NCBI GenBank assembly: GCA_050253075.1
Contig: JBFWJS010000001.1
Coordinates: 640,001-704,000, forward strand
DNA: 64,000 nucleotides
Reading direction: 5' to 3'
From: Deferribacterales bacterium
GTDB taxonomy: Bacteria; Chrysiogenota; Deferribacteres; Deferribacterales; Geovibrionaceae
How positions within the stretch are numbered: position 1 is the stretch's first letter; the number at the start of each line of letters is the position of its first letter. Shown in pieces: positions 9,992 through 20,447 of the stretch. The notes under the pieces are model-generated. The model was not told where the DNA came from, did no database searches, and was given only the letters and a program-made list of their open reading frames with translations. Both the position numbers and the translations under genes were made by a program.

Positions 9992-10820
9992 TGACCACCT
10001 CTATGTCCATCGGTTTGCCCGTGTAGACAAACGATGTGACGGCGACGTCTATCCCCGTCTTTGCGTATTCCTCTACGGTTTCGACATTTATCCCGCCTGC
10101 CGCCTCTATGGTTATGTGCGGATATTTCTCCTTCAGCATGGGGACCCACTGGCTCAGCTTATCGGGCTTTACCTTATCAAACTGAATGTTCAGCGCACCC
10201 GCAACGATAGCTTTCTCGGCATAGTCGAGGCTTTCACATTCGACGGTCAGTCTCTTTTCAGGCTGCATCTTTGCCGCTTTGGAGAGAGCTTTCAGCATCT
10301 CTTCCTCAGATGTGAAGAAGTTAGTATGGTTTTCGAAAAGGAGGAATGTCTCTGAGACTCCCAGCCTGTGCGGAGTGCCTTTGCCCGCCTGTACGGCGTT
10401 CATACATATGGTCTTTCCGCCGGGGAAGCTCTTCCTTGTGCATGCCACGACAAGGTTAGGGTTTACCGCACGCCCCTTTTTGACCATTGCTCTGGTGCGT
10501 GTGGCTATGCCTGTGGCGTGTTCCATGATGTTTTGCGCCACTTTCCACCCCATGTGCAGGATGCCCGCCTTTGCTCTGGCTGTCATGATGTGGTCGCCCG
10601 CTTTAAGCTCTGCGCCGTTTGATGCGGATATCTCGAGCTCTGCGCCCAGCTTTTTCAGTATCGCCGATGCCTCGTCTGCCCCTGAGAGCACACAGTCGAA
10701 TCTGGCTCTGAATATCATCTCGCCGTTTATGTCGGATATGCCCATCTCCTCTGTGGTGAGGTCTCCGTAGGGCACGTCTTCGGATATCAGTTTATCTATC
10801 AGATGGTCATGGAATAACAC
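9978..10820 (-). CDS. modD: ModD (NadC/QPRTase-like molybdenum-associated protein)
   Basis: EDVPYGDLTT, CTRKSFPG, HRLGVSET, AAGGIN; last gene of the mod operon. Confidence 0.85.
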   Translation of the reverse strand: MLFHDHLIDKLISEDVPYGDLTTEEMGISDINGEMIFRARFDCVLSGADEASAILKKLGAELEISASNGAELKAGDHIMTARAKAGILHMGWKVAQNIMEHATGIATRTRAMVKKGRAVNPNLVVACTRKSFPGGKTICMNAVQAGKGTPHRLGVSETFLLFENHTNFFTSEEEMLKALSKAAKMQPEKRLTVECESLDYAEKAIVAGALNIQFDKVKPDKLSQWVPMLKEKYPHITIEAAGGINVETVEEYAKTGIDVAVTSFVYTGKPMDIEVVIRPV

Positions 10821-10853
10821 ATTGAACTCCTTAAAATTTCGAACTTATGCTGA

Positions 10854-11528
10854 TTATAGCGCAGAGAGGCGCCTTAGTGCAAAGAAAACAAGGAGGGATA
10901 TAGACCCCAGTATCAGACAGAGGAAGCCCGCCCGCATAAAGTCTGCATCCATCACAGAGTTGTATATCTCAAGGGATATGGTATTTGTCTTCCCCACCAT
11001 GTTTCCGCCGACCATGAGCGTTATGCCCACTTCGCCCAGTGAACGCCCCGCAGCGAGGATGAGCCCTGCGCCGAGGCTTCGTTTTACGGCGGGGATGATG
11101 ATAAGGAAGAATACCTGTATCTCATTCTTGCCCAGAGTCTTAGCGGCATCCGCCAGACGGAAAACGTCCCGCTCTATGGCAGACTGTATCGGTTTCACCA
11201 CCAGAGGCAGCCCCGCTATGAAGGCTGCCGTCACCACCCCTGTTTCGGTGAAGATTATCTCCGGTGTTATGCCTGTTTTACCTATCAATCCGTTCCTGCC
11301 GAACAGCAGAAGTAATAAGAACCCTGTGCCCACCGGCGGAAAAACGAGGGGAAGCGTGACAAGGAAATCCACGAGTCCTGTTACTAAGCTCTTCTTTCGG
11401 GCCAGATAGTAGCCTATCAAAAGCCCTGTTATTGCATGAAGGACCACTGCTGTCAGGCAGGTACGTGCTGTGAGAGCGATGGTAAAGGCAATATCTTTAT
11501 CTGAAATGAAACTCAGAAACGTGTTCAT
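10854..11528 (-). CDS. modB: Molybdate ABC transporter permease
   Basis: LPLVFPP..G, RSLGEVGITLMVGGN motifs. Confidence 0.9.
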   Translation of the reverse strand: MNTFLSFISDKDIAFTIALTARTCLTAVVLHAITGLLIGYYLARKKSLVTGLVDFLVTLPLVFPPVGTGFLLLLLFGRNGLIGKTGITPEIIFTETGVVTAAFIAGLPLVVKPIQSAIERDVFRLADAAKTLGKNEIQVFFLIIIPAVKRSLGAGLILAAGRSLGEVGITLMVGGNMVGKTNTISLEIYNSVMDADFMRAGFLCLILGSISLLVFFALRRLSAL

Positions 11529-12250
11529 TAAAGCCCGTGCTTTTTGGCTACCGCTTTCACCTGCTCAGACTGTACACACTTTCTGTATCTGTCGGCAGCT
11601 TCTGATGTTTCAAATCCTTTTATGATGCCCGTGATGATATCTATCTTTTTATATCCTTCTTCGATAAGGATATATCCGCCTATCTTGTCCAGAGAGCCGA
11701 GAGTGTCTGTCAGGTTTGAAAAGCCTGCGTCAACTTCGCCCGTTACAACGTATGATGTTACCTGCGGCACTGTGGCTACTTCGAGCATTTTGCTCTGCAT
11801 GGCCTCTGTCATCCCTTTGGATTCCATGTATTCCATGCCTGCCACGCCGTAGATAGCTTTCTTTGTGTTTGGTATGGCCATTCTGCCTACTTTGTCTGTG
11901 GTGATCTCGTCCACGGATTTGATATCCAGCCCCTTGCGCCAGATAAGCACGAGCTTGCCCTCGCCTATCAGGTGGGATTCTGCGAAATCTGTGCCCGCTT
12001 TTGTGAGGAACCGTTTATCGCCGATAACAGCCTGCACCAGCCCTGTTGTTTTTATCTGTGCGATAACCTGTCCGAGGTTTCCGAATGACATGTTCATCTT
12101 CACGCCGAAGTCTTTTTCACATGTGTCGGCTATGTCTACCACCAGTTTCTTGAACCCTGCTCCCGAAGCCACGATAAATTCTTCATTTGCCTGTGCGGCA
12201 GATGCTGTCAGGACTATGACGGAAGCGATCATTACTAATAACTTTTTCAT
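11528..12250 (-). CDS. modA: Molybdate ABC transporter substrate-binding protein
   Basis: Signal peptide; AIPN..AIYG.A, VPQV..YV..GEVDAGF. Confidence 0.88.
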   Translation of the reverse strand: MKKLLVMIASVIVLTASAAQANEEFIVASGAGFKKLVVDIADTCEKDFGVKMNMSFGNLGQVIAQIKTTGLVQAVIGDKRFLTKAGTDFAESHLIGEGKLVLIWRKGLDIKSVDEITTDKVGRMAIPNTKKAIYGVAGMEYMESKGMTEAMQSKMLEVATVPQVTSYVVTGEVDAGFSNLTDTLGSLDKIGGYILIEEGYKKIDIITGIIKGFETSEAADRYRKCVQSEQVKAVAKKHGL

Positions 12251-12267
12251 TTATTCTCCTTTTAGGT

Positions 12268-12957
12268 TTATTGCGCCAGTAAAAGCGGGGATGCATAGGA
12301 TATCCGGGGGAGTATCGTCTCTCGAGAGCCGTCGCAGCTCACCAGTCCGCCCTCCAGAAGCACTATATGGTCGGCGAGGCATGCCGCCTCTTCATATGAA
12401 TGTGTAACGAGCACCACAGGGATGTTGAATGTCTTCGGTATGCGCTTTATGTATGGTATCAGCTCATTCTTCCTGACCTGATCAAGGGAGGACATCGGCT
12501 CGTCCATCAGTAGATATTCGGGCTCTGAAAGGAGCGCCCTGCCTATGGCTACCCTCTGGCCTTCACCGCCGGAGAGCGTGTCGGGCCTTCTGTCCAGCAG
12601 GTCGGATATGCCGAGCAGTTCGGCTATCTCGCCGAGCTTTTCGCCCTTGGATTTTCTGCATCCGAAGAGCAGATTCCGCCTGACAGACATAAAAGGAAAG
12701 AGCCGTTTATCCTGAAAGATATAGCCGGCCCTCCTTTTATGTGTTGGGGTATCTATCTTTGATTCCGAGTCGAAGAGTACACGTCCGCTTATTTTTATGC
12801 TCCCTTTGTCGGGCTTTATCAGTCCGGAGAGCATGTTTATTATGCTTGTCTTCCCTGCGCCTGAGTGTCCGTAGAGGACAGTTATCCCCTCTGGTGCGCT
12901 GAAGCTCACATCTATCAGTGTTTTACCTAGTCTTTTGGTTACGGATACTTCCAGCAT
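12268..12957 (-). CDS. modC: Molybdate ABC transporter ATPase (no TOBE tail)
   Basis: GHSGAGKT, FQDKRLFP, LSGGE, LLMDEP. Confidence 0.88.
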   Translation of the reverse strand: MLEVSVTKRLGKTLIDVSFSAPEGITVLYGHSGAGKTSIINMLSGLIKPDKGSIKISGRVLFDSESKIDTPTHKRRAGYIFQDKRLFPFMSVRRNLLFGCRKSKGEKLGEIAELLGISDLLDRRPDTLSGGEGQRVAIGRALLSEPEYLLMDEPMSSLDQVRKNELIPYIKRIPKTFNIPVVLVTHSYEEAACLADHIVLLEGGLVSCDGSRETILPRISYASPLLLAQ

Positions 12958-12969
12958 ATTTCACCTTTT

Positions 12970-13023
12970 CGTTATGTATTAAATGTAATAACGCTAAAAC
13001 GTTATATAATACTAGTTATAACG
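12970..13023. promoter_or_regulatory. Two tandem ModE-type boxes
   Basis: CGTTAT-N12-ATAACG at 12970-12993 and 13000-13023; minus-strand TTGACA at 13026-13031. Confidence 0.75.
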
Positions 13024-13092
13024 ATTGTCAATAATTCTTTAAAATCCCGCAAAAAATGATATGGTAGTCCATGATTATTTCGCGGAGGCAAA

Positions 13093-14157
13093 ATGTTTCT
13101 CTTATTCTTTTATATCCTGCTTGCACTGGTGCTTTCATTCGTGTGTTCTGTTATGGAGGCAGTGCTGCTCAGCATCACCCCTGCATACATCGCTCAAAAG
13201 GAGAAGGAGGACAGACGCAAAGGACGCAGTCTGCGCCGTATGAAGGACGATATCGAAAGTCCGCTGGCGGCCATTCTCAGCCTTAACACCATAGCCCACA
13301 CGCTGGGTGCTGCGGGTGCAGGTGCACAGGCGGCGCATATATTCGGCGATAAATATGTCGGCATAATCTCCGCAGTGCTGACCCTTGCAATACTAATTTT
13401 TTCAGAAATAATCCCGAAGACGATAGGTGCACTCTATTGGAAGAATCTTGCCCCTTATGTCGTCTTTTCCGTCGGGGTTACACATGTGCTGATGTATCCG
13501 CTGGTGGTTATGTCTAACGGCATCACAGGCTTTCTGAAAAAGGGCTCAAAGGACGGAAAGGTCGATAAAGACGAGTTCGAAGCTCTGATGGAAAAGGCCG
13601 TGAAGGATAAGATATTCAGCTGGCAGGAATCCAGCATCCTGAGAAATATAATACTCTTCCGCAAGCTCCCCGTGAGGCAGATAATGACCCCCCGTACGGT
13701 GCTTTATGCTCTGGAGGAGGACATGACAGTGGACGAGATACTAGCCGAAGATCCGGATATGATATTCTCACGCATACCGATATACGACGACGAGATAGAC
13801 TCCGTGAAAGGATTCGTGCTGAAAAGCGACATCCTGCTCGCACATTACGAAGATAAAGGACAGGCAAAGCTGTCTGAGCTGAGACGTGAGATGAAGGAAG
13901 TGCCCGAATCGCTGAACGTACTCACCCTCTTTGACGAAATGGTGAAGGAGAACAGGCACATCTGCCTTGTAATAGACGAATACGGCGGTGTTGCGGGTGT
14001 TGTCACCCTTGAGGATATAATAGAGACCCTGACAGGGCTCGAGATCATAGACGAAAAAGATATGGTTCAGGACATGCAGAAGCTGGCAAGAGCCCAGTGG
14101 GAAAAGCGTGCAAAGCGCATGGGGCTCACTCCTGACTGCGAAGATACTCCTCAGTGA
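13093..14157 (+). CDS. CNNM (DUF21)-CBS domain protein (CorC/hemolysin family)
   Basis: EAVLLS, ILSLNTIAHT, SEIIPK, IMTPR, DEYGG..G.VTLEDIIE. Confidence 0.9.
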   Translation: MFLLFFYILLALVLSFVCSVMEAVLLSITPAYIAQKEKEDRRKGRSLRRMKDDIESPLAAILSLNTIAHTLGAAGAGAQAAHIFGDKYVGIISAVLTLAILIFSEIIPKTIGALYWKNLAPYVVFSVGVTHVLMYPLVVMSNGITGFLKKGSKDGKVDKDEFEALMEKAVKDKIFSWQESSILRNIILFRKLPVRQIMTPRTVLYALEEDMTVDEILAEDPDMIFSRIPIYDDEIDSVKGFVLKSDILLAHYEDKGQAKLSELRREMKEVPESLNVLTLFDEMVKENRHICLVIDEYGGVAGVVTLEDIIETLTGLEIIDEKDMVQDMQKLARAQWEKRAKRMGLTPDCEDTPQ

Positions 14158-14509
14158 TGGTCTTCAGGCTCAGCAGATAAAGGCTGACGGCTATGCCGAT
14201 GAATATCAGCAATGCATCAACGTACATGTTCTTTACTATATAAATAGATAAACCAAGCGAAAGCCACAGGGTGGAGACAGCCTTCACCTTTGTGCTCTTT
14301 CTCATACCTCTGTATTTCATATAATTTTTAATAGGCGGTCCGAAGACCTTATGGTTTGTTATCCATCGGTGCATCCGCTCTGAGCTCCGCAGGAAAAAGA
14401 ACGATGCGAGCAGCATGAACGGAGTGGTGGGGAGCACGGGCAGAAAGATGCCTGTGATGCCCAGTGCCAGAAAGATGAAGCCCAGAGAACCGTATGCTGC
14501 TTTTTTCAT
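14126..14509 (-). CDS. YbaN/DUF454 inner membrane protein
   Basis: GIFLPVLPTTPFMLLA..RSS signature. Confidence 0.88.
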   Translation of the reverse strand: MKKAAYGSLGFIFLALGITGIFLPVLPTTPFMLLASFFFLRSSERMHRWITNHKVFGPPIKNYMKYRGMRKSTKVKAVSTLWLSLGLSIYIVKNMYVDALLIFIGIAVSLYLLSLKTITEEYLRSQE

Positions 14510-14605
14510 AAGTGAATATTAGGTATTTTGGTTAAAAGTTTCAATTATCTTTTTTGTTGGATACTTTGGTGCTATGATGGCGCAAATTTTTTACAGAGGA
14601 AAGAT

Positions 14606-15934
14606 ATGAACTCTTTTATTAACTTTTTTAAAGTTAGCGAGCGTGGCTCGACGGTCTCCAGAGAGGCTCTGGGCGGGCTTACCACATACATGACGCTGGC
14701 TTACATCGTATTTGTCCAGCCTGTGGTTTTATCTGCTGCGGGGATGGATTTCGGCTCCGTTTTCACTGCTACATGCCTCAGCTCGGCCATTGCATGTATA
14801 CTTATGGGTATATTTGCGAACTATCCTATAGCTCTCGGGCCTGCAATGGGGCACAATTTCTATTTTGTTTACGCTGTTGTACTCGGCATGAAGATGTCAT
14901 GGCAGCAGGCTCTTACTACTGTATTTATAGCCGGTATATTATTCTTTATCCTGTCGCTTACAAAGATCCGTCAGGTAATAATAGATGCTATTCCGCAGCC
15001 GCTAAATGCCGCTATCGCAGCGGGTATCGGTCTTATGATAGCCCTTATCGGCCTTGAATGGGCGGGAATAATCGTCCCTGTGCCAGGCACTATTGTCGGT
15101 CTCGGTGATCTGACCAGTCCGCCTGTAGTACTTGCCATATTCGGGCTTTTGGTTACGGGCATCTTTCTCGTGCGTAAAGTCAGCGGAGCTATACTCTATG
15201 GTATTATCCTGTCCATTATAGCAGGGCTTATCTTCGGTATGATAAAGTTTCAGGGTGTTGTCTCGGCTCCGCCTTCGATGGCTCCGACATTCCTGCAATT
15301 CGATTTTTCAAATATATTCACAGTCGATGTGATAGTAGTTATCGCCATATTCCTTTTCCTCGATATCTTCGACACGCTGGGCACTATGATAGGTCTTGCG
15401 CCTGAGCTCGGTGTCGTTAAAGACGGGAAATACGACATAAACAAAAATGCATTCCTCGCAGACTCCGCAGGGACTGTCTTCGGTGCGATGTTTGGTACAT
15501 CCACACTGACAAGCTATGTGGAAAGCTCTGCTGGTATCAACGCAGGCGCAAAGACGGGTATCGCCGCTATCGTTACGGGTATACTTTTACTTATCACGCC
15601 GTTTTTCAGCCCTATTGTAAATATGGTGGGAGGCGGTATCGCTATAGACCCGGAGACAACTCTTTATCCTGTGACGGCTCCTGCACTTATCATCATAGGG
15701 GTTATGATGATGAGATCGGCGAAAGACATATTATGGGATCAGCCTGCCGATGCTATACCTGCATTCCTCACGATCATGATGATGCAGCTGACAGTAAGCA
15801 TGACAGACGGTATTGCATTCGGTTTCATCTCATACAGTGCACTTTCCATTTTCAGCGGAAAATTTACTAAGACAAGCCCTGCGATACATATCTGTGCCGT
15901 ATTGCTGCTTATCCGTTACATCTGGTTTGTATAA
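14606..15934 (+). CDS. NCS2/AzgA-family purine permease
   Basis: GGLTTYMTLAYI, PAMG.N, FDTLGT, YVESSAG..GAKTG; coupled to adenine deaminase. Confidence 0.9.
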   Translation: MNSFINFFKVSERGSTVSREALGGLTTYMTLAYIVFVQPVVLSAAGMDFGSVFTATCLSSAIACILMGIFANYPIALGPAMGHNFYFVYAVVLGMKMSWQQALTTVFIAGILFFILSLTKIRQVIIDAIPQPLNAAIAAGIGLMIALIGLEWAGIIVPVPGTIVGLGDLTSPPVVLAIFGLLVTGIFLVRKVSGAILYGIILSIIAGLIFGMIKFQGVVSAPPSMAPTFLQFDFSNIFTVDVIVVIAIFLFLDIFDTLGTMIGLAPELGVVKDGKYDINKNAFLADSAGTVFGAMFGTSTLTSYVESSAGINAGAKTGIAAIVTGILLLITPFFSPIVNMVGGGIAIDPETTLYPVTAPALIIIGVMMMRSAKDILWDQPADAIPAFLTIMMMQLTVSMTDGIAFGFISYSALSIFSGKFTKTSPAIHICAVLLLIRYIWFV

Positions 15935-17505
15935 TGAGAATATCAGGTAACATCGTAGACATACTTTCGAAAGAGATCTACGCAGGCAGTATCGTCATAA
16001 AAGACGGTGTTATCAGTGAGATAATAAGAGACGGCGGGGAGTATGACAGATACATACTCCCGCCTTTTATAGACGCCCATGTGCATGTGGAGAGCTCCAT
16101 GCTGGTGCCGACAGAGTTCGCACGGCTGGCAAGCGTACACGGCACTGGGGCATCCGTTTCCGACCCGCACGAGATAGCAAACGTGCTCGGCATGGACGGC
16201 GTAAAATTCATGCTGGAAAATGCGGAAAACACACCTTTCAGATTTTACTTCGGTGCACCCTCATGCGTGCCCGCCACCCCCTTTGAAACTGCGGGGGGCG
16301 AAGTTACCCTTGAGGACATCAGAGAGCTTTTCAAAGACGACCGTATAAAATACCTCAGCGAGATGATGAATGTGCCGGGCGTTCTTTACGACGATGCAGG
16401 CGTAAAGGCGAAGCTGGAAGCCGCTCTGGATGCGGGCAGGATGATAGACGGCCATGCGCCGACACTCATGGGTGAAGGGCTCGGAAAGTATGTGAGATCG
16501 GGGATAACATCCGATCATGAAGCAATAAGCTATGACGAAGGTCTGGCGAAGATAGAGCTGGGCATGAAGGTGCAGATACGTGAAGGCTCCGCAGCGAAAA
16601 ACTTTGAAGAGCTTTACGAGCTGATGAAGGATCATCCGCAGATGTGCATGCTGTGCAGTGACGACCTGCACCCTGATAACCTTGCAAAAGGGCATATAAA
16701 CCTGCTGGTGAAGCGTGCCTTGGATAACGGCGTTCCGTTGATGAACGTGCTGTACAGCGCATGTGTGACCCCTGTGGAGCACTATGGGCTGGAGTGCGGA
16801 CTGCTCCGCAAAGGCGACAGCGTAGACATGATAGTCGTCGGCAGTCTGGATGAGATGAACGTGACAGAAACATATATCAAAGGCGAACTTTGCGCAAAGA
16901 ACGGCAGACCTATGCTGAAATCTGTAAAGACTGAGCATGTGAACCTGTTCGAGGCGAAAGAGAAATCCCCCGCTGACTTTGCATCCGATGTTGTCGAGAC
17001 GGACATAATAGTGGTCGAGGACGGACAGCTCGTCACCGGGCGCATGAAAGGCAGTCCCAATGACGAAGGCGTGCTGAAAATGACCGTGGTGAACAGATAC
17101 GCCGATGCGGCTCCTGCTGTCGGTTTTGTGAAGAATTTCGGGCTGAAAGCGGGTGCCATAGCATCCAGCGTGGCCCATGATTCACATAATATCATATGCG
17201 TCGGATGCGATGACGAGAGCATCGCAAAAGCCGTGAATATAGTTATAAAGAACAGGGGCGGACTCTCCGCCGTGACACCTGAAAAGGTTATAGAACTCCC
17301 CCTTCCCGTGGGCGGTCTCATGACTGACGCAGACGGGTATGAAACCGCCGATCTGTATCAGCAGATAGATAAAACGGCGAAGGAAATGGGCTCGGAGCTG
17401 ACCTCTCCTTTCATGACCCTTTCTTTTATGGCTCTTTTAGTGATCCCTGAGCTGAAATTGAGCGATAAGGGACTTTTTGACGGTGTGGCGTTCAAATTTA
17501 TTTAG
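15934..17505 (+). CDS. ade: Adenine deaminase
   Basis: DAHVHVESS, DPHEIANV, DGHAP, IREGSAAKN, AHDSHN. Confidence 0.95.
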   Translation: MRISGNIVDILSKEIYAGSIVIKDGVISEIIRDGGEYDRYILPPFIDAHVHVESSMLVPTEFARLASVHGTGASVSDPHEIANVLGMDGVKFMLENAENTPFRFYFGAPSCVPATPFETAGGEVTLEDIRELFKDDRIKYLSEMMNVPGVLYDDAGVKAKLEAALDAGRMIDGHAPTLMGEGLGKYVRSGITSDHEAISYDEGLAKIELGMKVQIREGSAAKNFEELYELMKDHPQMCMLCSDDLHPDNLAKGHINLLVKRALDNGVPLMNVLYSACVTPVEHYGLECGLLRKGDSVDMIVVGSLDEMNVTETYIKGELCAKNGRPMLKSVKTEHVNLFEAKEKSPADFASDVVETDIIVVEDGQLVTGRMKGSPNDEGVLKMTVVNRYADAAPAVGFVKNFGLKAGAIASSVAHDSHNIICVGCDDESIAKAVNIVIKNRGGLSAVTPEKVIELPLPVGGLMTDADGYETADLYQQIDKTAKEMGSELTSPFMTLSFMALLVIPELKLSDKGLFDGVAFKFI

Positions 17506-17621
17506 ACTTGCGCATCAAAAAGCTGTGTTATAATAGTTATAACAATTCCGAAAACAGATCAGAACAGGCTTCAAGGGGATCAGGCTCCTTATGTACATCT
17601 CATTTATAATGGGAGGAAGGC

Positions 17622-17870
17622 ATGGGCAGAAGATCATATTTTTCGCAGACACCCGAGTTTTATAAGAACTTTCATCAGATGATAAGCAACTATTGCATGG
17701 CTCACGAGGGCGAACCCGCCATCAGCCTTGAGATGCTGGAAAGCTATATGAACGACAATGCCGACGAGGCAGAGGTGTTCATGCGCATGTTTCGTCTGAT
17801 CAGCGACGGGCTCCAGGCTCAGGAGTGCGGTATCGCCGGCTACGAACAGCAGGTTCAGGAACTCAGCTAG
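17622..17870 (+). CDS. Hypothetical protein
   Basis: GGGAGG RBS; followed by a hairpin plus T tract near 17903-17936. Confidence 0.55.
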   Translation: MGRRSYFSQTPEFYKNFHQMISNYCMAHEGEPAISLEMLESYMNDNADEAEVFMRMFRLISDGLQAQECGIAGYEQQVQELS

Positions 17871-17989
17871 AAATTAAAGAGGGTTTTTGATGAACGATAT
17901 ACGGGGCTTTCTGGTCATTGCAGGGAGCCCTTTTTTAATATATAGTATAGTTTCACACAAATGCTGAAAACTACTTGGAGTTTCAAAAA

Positions 17990-18769
17990 ATGGAAAAGAT
18001 ATTACACCTTATCTATTTCTCCCCCACAGGTACTTCCCGTTCTATAGGACGTGCCGTTTCTTCAGGATTCGAAGGTTACGAGATCAGAGAATACGACCTC
18101 ACACGCCCCGACAGCTATCTGGACATGAGGATTTTGGACGGATTAGCCGTTTTTTCTTTTCCCGTGTACGGCGGACGCATGCAGAAGGATGCGCTGGAAC
18201 GTATGCAGGAACTGACAGGGCATGAGGTTCCGGCTGTGCTCGCAGTCGTTTATGGAAACAGAGCCTTCGAAGATGCCCTTGTGGAGCTGAGGGATGTCGT
18301 GTCCCGGAGAGGCTTCGTACCTTTCGCCGGTGCTGCCTTCATAGGTGAGCACTCATATGCCGATGCGGAACACCCTATTGCTCTCGGGCGTCCCGACGAG
18401 GCTGACCTCGCCGATGCGAAGAAATTCGGCAAACAGGCATTCATGAAGGTCTTTATGGATGACACATCCGTGCCTGATATGGCGGGGAATGTGCCCTATA
18501 AAGAGACGATGCTCGCCAAAGGCGCAACGCCGAAGACAAACGACACCTGCATAGCCTGCGGAGCCTGCGTGAAAGTATGCCCGACAAAGGCTATAAAGAT
18601 ATCAGGCGGAAAGTCTGTGTCGAACGGTGACAAGTGCATCATGTGTATGGCATGCGCTAAAAAATGCGCAAAAGATTCCAGATATATCGATGTGCCTGTT
18701 CTGCTGGAGCGTATTGAAATGCTTGTGAATAACTGCGCCGAGCGTAAGAGCCCGAGCATATTTATCTAA
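17990..18769 (+). CDS. EFR1-like flavodoxin/4Fe-4S ferredoxin fusion
   Basis: YFSPTGTS, VYGNRAFEDAL, two CxxCxxCxxxC motifs. Confidence 0.85.
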   Translation: MEKILHLIYFSPTGTSRSIGRAVSSGFEGYEIREYDLTRPDSYLDMRILDGLAVFSFPVYGGRMQKDALERMQELTGHEVPAVLAVVYGNRAFEDALVELRDVVSRRGFVPFAGAAFIGEHSYADAEHPIALGRPDEADLADAKKFGKQAFMKVFMDDTSVPDMAGNVPYKETMLAKGATPKTNDTCIACGACVKVCPTKAIKISGGKSVSNGDKCIMCMACAKKCAKDSRYIDVPVLLERIEMLVNNCAERKSPSIFI

Positions 18770-19319
18770 GGAGTGAGTCTATCTCTGCCAGCTTGGCGGA
18801 TTCACCCTGAAGTTTGACTGTCACCCTGTCTGCGGAGAAATCCCGCGCCAGCACCGTCAGACCGAGCCTGTCTATATGATAGTCCGTCTGTCTGGTCATG
18901 TCGTATGGTATCTCTACGGTCAGGGTGTTCAGGCTGTCCGTGTCTATCAGCTCTGCCATGCCCGCTGCTTCCTGCCCCGCATCATTATACGCCCGCACCA
19001 GCCCGCCCGTGCCCAGCTTTACCCCGCCGAAATACCGCACGGTGATGATGGCGCACTCTATGAGATCGTGCCCCTGTAATACTTTCAATGTCGGTTTTCC
19101 GCTGGTGTTCTTCGGCTCGCCGTCGTCAGAGCAGTTTTCGACTATCTGCCCGTGCTCGTTCAGGGTGCGTGTAGCCCAGACGAAATGCCGTCCCTTCGGG
19201 TGGTCTTCTTTCAGCTTTTTCATGTATTCGTCAAACATGGCGTAGGGGATGAGGTGCGCTATGAACTGCGACTTTTTGATCTCAAGGCTGACGCTGACGG
19301 GGGCATTAACGGTGAACAT
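18762..19319 (-). CDS. YigZ/IMPACT family protein
   Basis: IKKSQF, SDDGEP, VRYFGGVKLGTGGLVRAY. Confidence 0.92.
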   Translation of the reverse strand: MFTVNAPVSVSLEIKKSQFIAHLIPYAMFDEYMKKLKEDHPKGRHFVWATRTLNEHGQIVENCSDDGEPKNTSGKPTLKVLQGHDLIECAIITVRYFGGVKLGTGGLVRAYNDAGQEAAGMAELIDTDSLNTLTVEIPYDMTRQTDYHIDRLGLTVLARDFSADRVTVKLQGESAKLAEIDSLLR

Positions 19320-20071
19320 CAGATGCCGAACTCGAAGTGTGCGTCTGATACGCCTGCTCTGCCGTAGGTGCGCTCTGTAAAGGAGACGCTGCCGTCTTTA
19401 TCTATGGTCAGCACTGTGGAGCAGCGTGTGCCGTAGGTTTCGCTTTTGATAAACATGGGCGAGAGCATCCGTTCTTTCTCTATACCGACGCCTGTTTCGG
19501 GCAGGGTTTCGTCGGGGGCGGATGCGCTGTCTGCCAGCATGCGGAAGAGGTCTTCCCTTTTAAACGGCGCAGAGATTATATTTTGTAGGTTTGCCTTCCC
19601 TTTTGCGACCTTTGGCCATGGGGTGTCGAGCAGATGATTGCTCAGCCCGTAGAGCCCGCTGCCGAGGGGGATGGTCTCCTGAGTTTTATTAGAGTAATAG
19701 TTCAGGCTGTCCATACAGCCGAAGATGAGGTTGTATCCGTTATACTGCTCTGCCGTCTCATTCAGAACGCCCGCATAAGAGGCCGCAGTTAGTCCGTCCG
19801 TGAGGAAATCTTTCACGAGCCTTCCTCGGGATGCTTTATGGGGCTGCATGTCGGCGGGGTTGCGGTAGTTTGTCAGTGCGGCGAACTTTCCGCATTCGCT
19901 GATACCCATCCATGTGCCGCCTGCGTGGTGGTCTACCCCTGCGAGGATGTTCGGCTTTGATCCGTGCCAGCGGGCTTCGCCCGTTGGTCTGGCATAAAAT
20001 TCGTCACGGTTAGCAGCCAGTATCAGGTCATATTTTGGGTGGTTTTTATAAGCAAATAATATCAGACACAT
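19319..20071 (-). CDS. NRDE/TANGO2 family protein
   Basis: N-terminal MCLI, AANRDEFYARP, GGTW, SNHLLDTPWPK, YGTRCST. Confidence 0.92.
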   Translation of the reverse strand: MCLILFAYKNHPKYDLILAANRDEFYARPTGEARWHGSKPNILAGVDHHAGGTWMGISECGKFAALTNYRNPADMQPHKASRGRLVKDFLTDGLTAASYAGVLNETAEQYNGYNLIFGCMDSLNYYSNKTQETIPLGSGLYGLSNHLLDTPWPKVAKGKANLQNIISAPFKREDLFRMLADSASAPDETLPETGVGIEKERMLSPMFIKSETYGTRCSTVLTIDKDGSVSFTERTYGRAGVSDAHFEFGI

Positions 20072-20184
20072 ATGAGGAATATAGCGAAAACGGGCATCTT
20101 TTGCCATAAAAAAAGCCCTCTGTGCAGACAGGGTATTCAAAAGATATTTCGAAAATATCCAGAGAATGAAAGTTATCCGAAAAA

Positions 20185-20320
20185 GTCATTCTGAGTAGCC
20201 ATCGGCGACGTGAGAATCTAGAGAGCTTTGATAATTAAGAGGTTAAAGTCACTGTGACAAGCAGTGTTAGATAAACTGTGACCTGAGATGCCTACGGCTT
20301 CTTTGAAGCCTCAGCATGAC
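20185..20320. repeat. REP-like palindromic element
   Basis: GTCATTCTGAG...GCGACGTGAGAATCT...AGATGCCTACG...CTCAGCATGAC terminal inverted repeats. Confidence 0.7.
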
Positions 20321-20447
20321 AGTATGAACTGAAAATATTTTTCCGAAAGATAAAAACCCCAATCTTGTTGTCAAAATTGGGGTTCTATTATTTTGCTTCA
20401 AAATTTCAACACGGTTCAGGAACTGCCCTCTCTGCAGAGGGCTTAAA

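Noticed and set aside
14510..14605. Purine riboswitch before the permease/ade operon; also a yybP-ykoY switch before mntP
   Set aside because: Both leaders are short and AT-rich with no recognisable aptamer motifs.
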